Origin: Marsupella aquatica | Lineage: Eukaryota; Plantae; Marchantiophyta | DNA length: 64,000 nt | Direction of reading: 5' to 3' | Assembly: GCA_973895155.1 (NCBI GenBank) | Contig: OZ316891.1 | Location: forward strand, 28,153,145-28,217,144 | Shown here: in pieces, positions 23,170 to 34,400 of the stretch | Layout of the letters: each line of letters begins with the position of its first letter | Position numbering within the stretch: position 1 is the stretch's first letter | Notes under the pieces: model-generated | What the model was told of the DNA's origin: nothing | The model's input: only the letters and a program-made list of their open reading frames with translations | The model's database searches: none | Position numbers and translations under genes: made by a program

Positions 23170-24350
23170 AAACCAACTACCTCAGCCCTACAAAGGATAG
23201 TGAATGTTTGAGCCCTATGAATTGACAAGTATAGACCCTCTGTCTAAAGAAGATGTCGAGGACAAAGACAAGGCGATAAGGTCTCCGCTCAATACAAAAG
23301 ACCACAAAAGCCCTAAGGAACTGGTGAAAGGTAGGGTGTAGTGCACCAAAAACCTCGAGAGCAAAAGGGTAGAACAAATCCTTAGGGTAGCGAGCAGCAT
23401 AGGCCTCCTGCTTGACTTGATGAGGCAGCCTTGGCTGCTGCATGGCCAGGTACATGGGTAGCAATTGCGACATGACTCCTCCCTATAGGGTCTGCAACAA
23501 TCACATCACCAACACAATGAACCCCTACTCAAGAAGAAACCAAATGGGCTCACTGTTGGTCAAGCACGCCATCACAGGGGAGGGAGAACATGTTGTTGCT
23601 CCATAGCAACATGGTACCCCCAATGATACCAGAGTCCCTGGCAATGGCAGCCAAAACATCATGTGTTGCAGTTCGTTGGCTCCCATGGCCACACCTGAGA
23701 ATATGGACTACCCCAGGATCTTGGGACGCCCCATAGACACAAGTGAGTTGTCCAAGAAGGCATGGGTGAGGTAGTCCAGGGCGAACGTGCATAGATGTCT
23801 TAAAAAAAGGAGCTCATACAAAAGGGGGCCCACACATGACTAGCAGAAAGCCAAGCTCCAGAACCGGTACTTTGATACTATGATACTTTTAAATTTTTGT
23901 TGAAAAACATTAGGGTTATTTTAATCCAATTTTAAGAATTATAAGAATCATAGGGTTTTTTTATCAAATATGAGAATATTCTTGGAATATTCCATTAAGT
24001 TAGGGGTAAAAAATTCTTTAAAAAATTAATTGACTTAACTTTTAGGGTGTTTATTCCCCCAAAACTTTGAGCCTGATATGGGACACCCCTTGGATTGAGG
24101 ACCCCGAGACCTGAAAGGGGAGGACATTGTTCTCAACCCCCATCACAAAGTCAAAGAGGATGGTCTGAAGATCCATAACAAAGTGAGAGGTAAGGGCAAG
24201 GACCACCTGGGCCCAACTACCCAGGAAAGCACAAGGGGCAATGGTAATTGCAGATGAAACTCCTATCACCAAATGGGGGAAGGGTGGCTTGCCAGGCCAC
24301 AAACTAACTATCCTCTTCATCAAGGGCTCCAGGGCCAATAAGGTGTCCAA
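23170..24350 (-). mobile_element. Degenerate non-LTR retrotransposon C-terminal region, restriction-like-endonuclease type (CRE-like)
   Basis: Frameshifted fragments in the expected order: QATLP...APCAFLGSW, then CVYG...DPGVVHILRCGHGSQRTATHD (CCHC-like plus RHD-like), then FYPFALEVFGALH. Interrupted by an AT-rich insert at about 23875-24085. Confidence 0.65.
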
Positions 24351-26373
24351 AAGCCAGTTAGAATATTTGAACCTAAAACTTATCAATCTCCACTCAAGTG
24401 AGCTACCACACAGCCATGCCTCTTTGGGCCTCTAGATTTTAGTCTTATCTCACCTAAATGTGACACCTGCAAATGGATCCTTAATTTGGTCAACCATCCT
24501 ATTCACCCAATGTCATTTTTACCTTTATACTACACAAAATACTATATGTCCTTCACAAACACTAGTGGGGTTGGGTTCTCTGGTAGACTTGACAAGTTGC
24601 ACACTGAACCCTGCCAGCCTCTTGCTTCAATCTTAGATGGATATAGTTTTTTTTATCTGAATACATAGTTGATGGGGCATGTAAATTGAAGTTGAACTGG
24701 CCATAACTGGCTGTCCAACTGGGGAAAGTTAAATTGCTTAAATGCTTGCAGACAATAAACCTAATTGTATACTAATGTTTATGCAATTATGAAACAAAAG
24801 TTGGAAACTTTTGAGAATGTACTAGCCATAACTGCAAAACCTGTTTGCATGAGGTCAAATTCAATGCCCCTTTGTCAGCATAGTTCTGAGACATGCATCC
24901 TAACCCACAATTTGACATTAGTTAATTAACAGATGTGAAATTTTAGAACAACAATCAAAACCTTTAAGGGACTAATATCAGTCCTCAGAAAATTTTGCAA
25001 ATTTTAAGTGCCCCATCTTATTTTCTTGCGTGTTATTCTGGCACAAAATTGTGTGATTTATCTAGTTAAGGGAGTTTGCGGATAGGTTTAATATACAATG
25101 AAAGTTTCATGTATAAAAATGAATTGCCCCTAATTTTGACTGCCTATTAATTCGTACTAAAGCTCTAAACTTTAAGCCACCCTTGGAGATTAGGATGGTC
25201 AAAGGGGTAAGAATCCACTAGCGAGGCCTTACCTATCCATAAAAAAACCTTAATTATAAATTTTAAAAAAAATCTATCCATTCAATGTACCCATGATTCT
25301 TGCCTTCTTTCATTTCCCAAAGCATTTTGTATAGTTTTCCTCTCGGTCATCGTGGATAGAGTTCGCAGTGCAGTTCTCAGCATTGTATTGTATTACTTAT
25401 AACCATGTGTCGTGCCTTCTGGTGACTTTCCACCAATTCCTAGATCTCCTTGGTTTCATTTTGACGGTTGTCATACTTGGTAATTAGCATTGTATTACAT
25501 CTACTCCATATTCTTGCCTTCAAGGATAGTCCTCAAGTATTTCCTGCCTTCTTTCTTCGGCCAGGAATCATTGGAGTTTTCCTCATTTACTTCTGTGGCT
25601 TACCTCTTGCATTACATGTGGGCTTGCTGCTTTCATTTCTACTTCATTATTCCTGTTACTTCTGTATTGACAGTGTCTTGTGACAGCGTTCTCTGCTCAT
25701 TCTCTGTCGCAACCGCAATTGCTCCCCAAACAGGGGGCTTTGATCCGACTAGTACTATCAAAATCACTCCAGGGACAGATGGTCAGGGACAACAAAATTT
25801 TAGACATGCACAGTTGGGTAGTTGGGGTGCCCTAGCAGGGACGCCAGTAGCATGTCCAAGCACCTGCAATTGTTTTCTGGATGTACATTATTTCACACAA
25901 ACCTTTTGTTCAGCGTTTATGCTGTCTATCTAATGTGGTTCTACTCAAAATGGAAACCAGACATTACCTTAACATTCACCGTCACCTATTCTGAATCCGG
26001 GCCCAACATTGGCGCGCAATGCAGGTGTAGGTTGTGCACTACTCACAAGCATCATCAGGGTACCCACATTTACTCTCATTCTATCTTATCAGCTGCACAA
26101 TATATTTCCAGCAGTAGATGCAGTCCACATGAACAGTTAAGTACAAGAACCTGTCCTCCAGTGTGTCCAGAATGCTATGAACTCTGCCAGGTAACCGAGC
26201 AAAGTCGTGCAGATAATACCAAATTCAAAGCAATCTCAAGCGATGGACTGGATATTTAGCCAGCAGGTATCTTGTATCAATAATGGACTTGAGAATCACC
26301 GAGTCAAGGTGACTTTTCAGAAGATACTTAAAATATGTTCATCCTTATCCCTCACGACTGTCTTCACATATGT

Positions 26374-28691
26374 TCAATCCTGATCCCTCACAACTGTCAG
26401 CAGAGAGATTTCGTCATGCCTAGGTAATTTGCTGAAAACCGTCCGTTCCATATTCAATCTCTCACACTTGGCATACATTCTAGACAGGGCTCTGCTCAAA
26501 GACCGATCAGATTCCAAACCCCTTGCACAAATCTGTGCATGAAACCCCTTGCCTTCTTCTAGTGCTCCGACCATACCACATGCATTCAGCACCTCGACAA
26601 ATGTGCCAACGTCTGGTTCCACTTTTTCCAATTGCATTCTTACATATAAGTCCAATGTTTTCTGCCCTTGCCCACATGTCACATATCCTTGAAGCATTTC
26701 ATTCCAACAACTTAAGTCCCGTACAGGCATGTCATTGAATACTGTCCACGCATCACCAATCTTCTGGCATCCAGCATACATACGAATGAGGCAAGCACCC
26801 ACGCAGGGCAAAGACTCCAAGCCTCTCCTAAAGATCGATTTATGAACACGTCTACCTTCGCTACGTGCCGCTAGCCTTCCACACGCATTGAGCGCGGCTA
26901 CAAAGGTATTACTATCTGGCTCCACACTTTCCCGCATCATTGTCCAATATAAATCTAAAGCACGCCGGTCTTCCCCGCATTTAACCAATCCTTCAATCAT
27001 GGCGTTCCAACTAATCAAGGTGCACGAGGGCATTCTATTGAACACTCTCCAAGCATCCTGTATCCTTCCACATTCACTGTACATGTGAATGATGCTCGTG
27101 CAGACAATTACATCATTGAGAAAACCTCTTTCAGCAACCTGTTCATGTAAATATCTACCTGTTGAAAGGGCCCCTACACTAGCACAAGAATTAAACAACC
27201 CAACAAAGGTTGCCGTGTTCGGCTCCAAGCCCTCTTGTTGCATGTTCACAGATAGATCCAATGCTCTCTGCCCTTGTGCACACTTCAGATATCCCTGAAT
27301 CATGGCGTTCCAACAGGCCACATCACGTCCAGAGATCTTATCAAAAACTCTACGAGCATCGTCTATTCTACCACATGCGGCATACATGCTAATGAGGCCA
27401 CTTCCGATGAAGACCCCAGAGTCCCAACCTCGCTGGATGATCTCCTCATGAACATGCCGACCTTCTTCCAGTGCTGCTATGCTAGCACATGCATTGAGAA
27501 TCCCCACATAGGTGACTGCATCTGGGTCTATCCCTTCTACTTGCATCTTTCGAGATAATTCCAAAGCTACCAGCCCTTGCCCACATTTGGCATACCCTAA
27601 AATGATTGCATTCCACGAGACCAAATCCCGGATAGACATATCGTCAAAAACCCTTTGCGCATCCTCTATCCTCCCACATCGAGCATACATGTCAACCAGG
27701 CCACAACTCAGATACAGATCGGACCCATACCCTCCTTGTAGAATCTGCGAATGGATATGCCTGCCCTCTTGAAGTGCTTGTAACTTGGCACAAGCCTTGA
27801 TGATAGCAGTGAAAGTGAACTTGTCCGGACATATCCCTGCTAGTTGCATTTGGTCAAATTGGTCGAGCGCTTTCTCATATTGCCCATCTTTCACATGTCT
27901 AGCTAGTCTCTTATTCCATGAAAAAACGTGCTCTTGTAAATTCAACGATGACACAGTGGCCAGCTCTGCTTCCACCCACGAAGGATTCAGCTTGCCGTTC
28001 AGCCAGAGACCTGCACTTGTCTCTTTGTGCCTGAAATCTGGATACCTTGGGCATTCCTACAATTCAATTGGAGACAATTTCAGTCTTGCGGCAGGATCAA
28101 CGAACAACACAATGTAAATTATAGCTGGGCAGGATCTGCTAACTGTCGCAGCTGTAGTGATTTTACCTTCTCTGCCCTGTGATCCCACCACTGGGATGGA
28201 TTTGCAAAGAAATCGCGCCATAGTTTCTCAACCCTCTTGCCCTCTGCCAACCATGAATAGCAGACAGAGTTGAATAAATTAAATGCAACCTCGTTGGAAA
28301 TTTACTCCTTCACGAAATGCTCCTCCTTAAAAAATGCATTGCGCTTAAAGGGAGGGGTCTGTGCAAAATCGTGACTCTGTGTCTGGAAAATGCACTGACT
28401 CAAAAAACTGAATCAATTGCAGGGACTGACTGTCCTTGTCCACAGCAGGACTATATCGTCTTTCTGCGTTTTATAAATGAACCTTTCAACTCAAAACAGA
28501 ATCACAACATCCTTGACATGGATAACACTGAACGAGTACTTTAAAGACAGCTAAAAGACACACATACTCGAGTTCAAACTTGAACTGGTTCGAGGCCGTT
28601 GCGTTTCCAATGATGCTAGCGCCTCATAGCATCGACCAGAACCTGTCACATTCAGTCCACATGGTCCAAATTTTGGAACAATGCCTTGCAT
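26374..28691 (-). CDS. PLS-class pentatricopeptide repeat protein (5 P-L-S triplets), no E/DYW domain
   Basis: Main exon 28010-26374 contains 15 motifs (SWNAxI..G, TFV..LNAC, L..MYA.CG.I.DA..VF). A phase-compatible upstream exon 28691-28568 (ATG, GA|GTATGT donor, CAG acceptor at 28011-28013) would give about 586 aa. The N-terminal exon is inferred. Confidence 0.9.
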
Positions 28692-29304
28692 TCCTGCAAT
28701 CAGACCCCGACAACGAAGTCCATTGTGAGGGATCACCCTAACAAAAGTGATGTCCGCAGGCCCCTTGTGCTCAGGGAGAATTCGGACGAGACAGGGGAAC
28801 AAACTGGGCAAAATTCTTAATATTGTCAGCTGCTTCTCCGACCATGATAACCGGGAGTCCCGATTCCCGCAGAAACATTCAATCGAACTGCAAGAACCAT
28901 CGTTGCAGAAAATTTCAGTACCTCAAATCCAACGATCACTGAATTCAAAGGCCACTGAATTCTCGAAACGCCCGTGCGTAGTAGACAGAGTGTTCACCAG
29001 CAAAGATTTATGTGCTGAGTTTCGACAATATGATTAAACCTAATGGAGTAGCGAACAAACCCGAGACAGAATGGGAGTAGATCGAGCTAAGATTTCTTGT
29101 CGAGAACAGGAGAAAATGCTTCGACCTCGTTACGTGGCGAGCAACTTGAACTAGACAGAGTGTTATTGACAGAATCCAGATTGCTCCGCGTACCTTCAAC
29201 AAATTGCTTGAAGCTACTCTTAATACTTGCAAACGACTAGACGAATGTACAAACGAGAGCTCTGGCTCACAACCAGAATATTTTGTAAGGTTTTTCCTTT
29301 CTCA

Positions 29305-29588
29305 TTTTTTACAATCCTATCCCACCTAAATAGTTAAGCCTGGTGTATAGACGAAGGGTTTGTTTTGCTCATCCTTCATGTTTGACAATCCTATCCCACC
29401 TAGAAAGTTAAGCCTGGATAGACGAAGGGTTTGTTTTGCTCATCCTTCATGTTTGACAATCCTATCCCACCTATAAAGTTAAGCCTGGATAGACGAAGGG
29501 TTTGTTTTGCTCATCCTTCATTTTTTACAATCCTATCCCCACCTAAAGTTAAGCCTGGGTAGACGAAAGGTTTGTTTTGCTCATCCCC
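29305..29588. repeat. 71-74-bp minisatellite, 4 copies
   Basis: acaatcctatcccacc...gacgaagggtttgttttgctcatcc at 29311, 29385, 29456 and 29527. Confidence 0.92.
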
Positions 29589-29646
29589 ATGGACTGTGAG
29601 ACAAGTTGCTTCACTTTACACCCAAAATCCACACTGACGGGGTGAT

Positions 29647-30028
29647 CTTTGGAAGGATGTTTCATTTTTGAGAAAGACACCCTAAGTAGATCTTGGGTTA
29701 TATTTGGAATGGATTACCTTTGGAAGGATGTTTCATTTTTGAGAAAGACACCCTAAGTAGATCTTGGGTTATATGTGGAATGGGTTACCTTTGGAAGGAT
29801 GTTTCATTTTTGAGAAAGACACCCTAAGTAGATCTTGGGTTACCTTTGGAAGGATGTTTCATTTTTGAGAAAGACACCCTAAGTAGATCTTGGGTTATAT
29901 GTGGAATGGGTTACCTTTGGAAGGATGTGTCATTTTTGAGAAAGACACCCTAAATAGATCTTGGGTTATATGTGGAACGGGTTATCTTTAGAAGGATGTT
30001 TCATTTTGTGAAAGAATCCCCAAGTAGT
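29647..30028. repeat. 71-bp minisatellite, about 5.5 copies (one 55-bp deleted unit)
   Basis: ctttggaaggatgtttcatttttgagaaagacaccctaagtagatcttgggtta... at 29647, 29718, 29789, 29844, 29915 and 29986. Confidence 0.92.
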
Positions 30029-30704
30029 TTTCCCGAGCTCCATACCAACTGTAAAATGCTACTGTAGTTTCAAGTAGACTTGTGCATACATTTGGACAAC
30101 TTTTGAATCTTAGTTTAGGCTCTCTTGTCCAAACCATTTAGTTGGAAAGTTTCAGATCTTTCTGAGAGAGTTTGTTCCATTGCTGATGAGTGCAAAGAAG
30201 ATCATCTATTATAAATCTCATCGTCAATGGAAGTTTCACTTTTGTGAAGGATGCCCTTAGTAGTTTGGGCATGAGCACCGACTTACCACTTTGGGGAGAG
30301 GGATTTGCTTGGTGGAACCCCAAATGAAAATGTTTTACTTGGTAGGACCCCCGAGTGATCCACACCGTTGATTTACCTTGAATAGACGGACCTAAACTTT
30401 CAAGGGTCCTATTAAGTAAAACATTTCCATTTGGGGTCCCACCAAGCAAATCTCTCCTTTGGGGAAGGACACTACCCATTTGTGAAAGACACCCTGAGTA
30501 GTTGGTGTGTGAGACTCTACTTACGATCACATACAAATTAATGGAAACCAGTTGCAAACGGTCATGAGCCTGTTTACAGGTCACAGTTTGGCCAAAACTG
30601 TAAAGAGTGCTTTGAGGATGTTTTGATGTTTTGAGTAGGTCCATCCCATCTTTGGCAATCCATGGGGACTTCAGAGCAAACCCCTTGGTTACTCTGGACT
30701 TAAC

Positions 30705-31470
30705 ATTCATCCCACCTATCCCCAAACTAAGGGTTAAACTAATTTAATTATGAGGTTTTAGTGGTTTACTATCCTATGCCACCTATCCCCAAACTGGTAG
30801 AAATTACAAACCTGGCCCCTGAACTGATTAAATTATGAGGTTCTGGCGTCATATCAGGGTTCAACTAATTCAATTATGAGGTTCTGTTGGGTTTTTCTTG
30901 CCCATTTTACTATCCTATCCCACCTATCCCCAAACTGGTAGAAATTACTAACTTGGACCCAAAACTAAATTAATGATGAGATTTCTGTATAGCATACGGG
31001 TTACATATTACAACATTCTGGTATGGTATATGGGTTAGCCTAAATTATATAGAAATTATACTAAGCTGGGATGGCAAGCAATTGGTTTGTGGACACATGG
31101 ATGCTCACACTCTACCCTTGCTCACCAGCCTTGTTCCGACCAGGGTCTCTGGGTCGAACATGGAGGCCATGATTTGCTCATGCATACCTTCACCCTAGAT
31201 CAGGTTCTCCTATATGACACTCACTGGAGTGTGAGTGTTGACTGCAATATGCAAGGAAAAACTGTCCTATTTGGTCCAAAGGTTGCATTTACAGTCAAAA
31301 GGGGCCACTTTGGACAAATTATGAGACTCCACATGTCCCTAGACCAATTACCGTCCATATCGGGTTAGTCTAGTCTGGTTAACTCAACCCACATACAACT
31401 GAGGAAGCAAGCTGATAATTAACTTAATTTTGGGGGCAAGCTGATGATTTTGCTTTGGGGACAGGAAAGT
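30705..31470. mobile_element. MITE-like element of the same TIR family as 14.5-16.6 kb, with reiterated left ends
   Basis: ccacctatccccaaact... at about 30711, 30779 and 30919. The reverse-orientation TIR at about 31355-31468 closely matches the reverse complement of 16165-16283. Confidence 0.6.
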
Positions 31471-34400
31471 AAAAAATTGATTTTTTTATTTCAGTCAAGG
31501 TGGCATTCCTGGACTAGTTTTTGACAATTAGACTCCCTAGATTTAGGGATAAGTGTAAATATTCAAATTGATGGGGTCTGTGGTTAGTTGGGAAACTGGC
31601 TAATCAAAAACATAAATAGTGGTGGAAAAGTTTAAGTGGAGGTGGAATTTGGAAGTTTTTGCCACCTAACAAATGTTGGATGTAGGGACCAACCCTACAA
31701 CCAGAAAAGGAGCCCTACAACCAGAAAAGGAGCTGGCTTATCTGAGCATTCCCAAAGGTTAGTGGGTTTGGTTATTAAGGAGTACTGGAGTACTGGGGTT
31801 GGTATCCGTGACGAGTAAATACTGAGTCCTACATACAGAACCCTTTTTTAAGTTTTTGCCACAGTACTATCCTGGTTAGCACATGACCTGCTTGAAATAT
31901 CTGTTATTTTTTATTCAGGAAGCAATGCAATGCAAAAATATTCCTCGATCCTGTTTTATTTTGTAAAATTTAAAAATACTGCCTATTCAGAAAAGTCAGT
32001 ATCTACATCAAGGTGCCCAGAATATTCTTAGTACTAGCCCCGATTACTTGTTCTTTGAATGTGAATAGCGGGAACAACAATAAAAATGTCACCAAAATAT
32101 ATTCATAATTCACATTCTTTGAAGGTTAATGAAATGATAAAAAAATTGTCATGCAGATAATCATTTTAATAATCATATATAACATACCATACTCTTTTCT
32201 ATGCACATATGTTATGTAAATAGGAATCATGACAAAAAAATATACATGCTTATCATTTGACATATATTATCATGGTCATGAGTTTTCCCATCCACATGGT
32301 GAGCCGTGGAGTTATGGTTTAGAGGCTTCACTCTAGAAGCCCGGGCCTCGACTCTAGCTTGTAATTGGCACTTTATAAGTAAGATCTACATCACAAAATT
32401 GTTTTTGAGTTCCCACAAGCACTTTTGCAATAGGTTGTTAGTCAGGTCCAAAAACATCTTAATTGTTGCTTTTAGCATGAATGAGGATGACATCAAAGTA
32501 CTTTTAAGTAGGAGTCATGGTCAAATAAAACTCAGCCCCAACCCTTACCGGATAATTTTAGTCGACACCATAAATCAGTTTCATACCACTGTGGATTATG
32601 GTCTTCAAAATTCAACAACAAACCCAATAGAAAGGGGAAAATATTTATATCCCAAACACGGATCTAGTAACCAAAAATCCCAGTACCTGAGAATCCACTG
32701 GCTTTACAGTGGGCAAGGGGTGACCAACTGAGAAGTCCTTAGGTTCAATCTCCCTTCAATCTCCAACACGGATGTGGAGAGTGTGTGTGGGTATAGTATT
32801 GATTATCTCAACCGCGGTTGGGCACTTTGTGACTCTGGTTTAATTCCCCCTTTAATTCTCTACTGCTTCTAAACAATAGAAGTCCTTGCAAGGTTGAGTG
32901 AATGTCTGGGTGAATGTGCACCCTAGTTTGTTATTTGTGATACAAAATGTATCACTTTTTCATTTGCACATTTTGGTTGGCCTAACAGTTTCCCCTGTCA
33001 CCCAACCATCTCCCCTGTCACTTGGAAACTTCTTGTGTTGCACTAGGCTCTCCTAGGGGCCATTTCACTTCACAGGACCATTTCTCAGAAGTTTCACCTG
33101 TCACCCTAACTTTGTTTCTCCCGGGATAGACAGATGAACGAATTGCCAGACAGATAGTACTAAGTCTCTTTGCCTAAACTCCTCACTTTGCCCAGGATGT
33201 GCCACTAAAGTTGTGCTTGTATCCTATACTGTCTGGAATTTTTTAATATTTACAAAATTATCATGGTTGGAGTGTACTCTTATTAACTCATACCTACAGA
33301 CTAAACTTTATATCAGTTTCCATCTTTTATTGGACATGTGGCAGCCTAGTTGCTGGCAAATTTAGGTAAAAAGGGGACCCTGGTCTGTTAACTTTGATGC
33401 AAAGAAAATCAGCACTTAGTCTTTTGGTGATCTATAAATACTAAATTCAATACTCGTGCTTGTATCTCAGGCAACAACCGTACTCCATTCAGCTTCAGCA
33501 GGACCAGCAATTTGCTTCACAGATTCTGTTGATGACTGACCTCCCTTCCCAATCCTTAGGGGAGCTTGTGTTTGAAGAACGACGATGGACTCCCTTCAGA
33601 TGAACTGCAATCATGCTAAATGATGGCAGACATCCTAGCAAAGCAAGTTTTCTAGCAATTTCAAAGCATGAGCTTTTTGATCCTGCAAAACAATAGAATT
33701 ACCCTAGTTGTAGGCCGGATTGCTGCCCAACTTTGAGCAACATCATCACTCCCAGTAGAAAGAGCATCGGGTGCTCTAGAACTGACAATTTCTGACTATT
33801 GAAAGTAACCCTAATCATCCAGAGGAAGTGTGAAACTTGTCCCTAGCCCTAGCCAATCAACTTAATCCACTTTTGAAATTCAGCAATCATGGATGAGTTC
33901 ATTGATAGTGGGACTTTTCCCATTCTTCAAGGTACTAACAAGAGACAAAAATGACTGGTGACTTTAGTGATATCTCCATCATTAGCTCATGTCTCATACA
34001 TATCATAGGATTGATATACATGGTCTCTTTACCCCATGGGAAGTTTCTTCCAAAAACCCTGGAAGCACGTGTAGCCACATCAGCACTATTGGTCTCAAAC
34101 AAGAACAGTTCATTATGCAAAAAACACCAAACAAGACTATGTGTGTTTGAAACAAGTCAAATAAAAACAGTTGGACCTTGTAACTATAAAAACAATTGAA
34201 AACTGAAAAATAACATTTCAAATAAACAAAGAAAGGGGTGAAAAGAGGGTAAAAAGAGGGTAAAAAGAAAATAACCTGTGGATGGGTTGTGATTGATATA
34301 TAAGTGTTTTCCAGATGATTGTATGAGTTTTCTATTTGATTAGCAATTTTGGGAATAACCATGGGTAGAAAGAAACTCTTCAACTAGTGTAACATTTAGC

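Noticed and set aside
29305-30028. Regular repeats resembling a CRISPR array (also 17.1, 38.4 and 48.5 kb)
   Set aside because: Units repeat in full with no unique spacers, there are no cas genes, and the context is a eukaryotic intron-containing genome. These are minisatellites.
30138-30725. 195-aa minus-strand ORF
   Set aside because: Begins at a TTG inside the MITE-like repeat and has no recognisable domain. Probably TE-derived or chance.
32296-32365. Weak tRNA/SINE-like sequence (gccgtggagttatggtttagagg...cctcgactc)
   Set aside because: The boxes are too degenerate and there is no second copy in the window.
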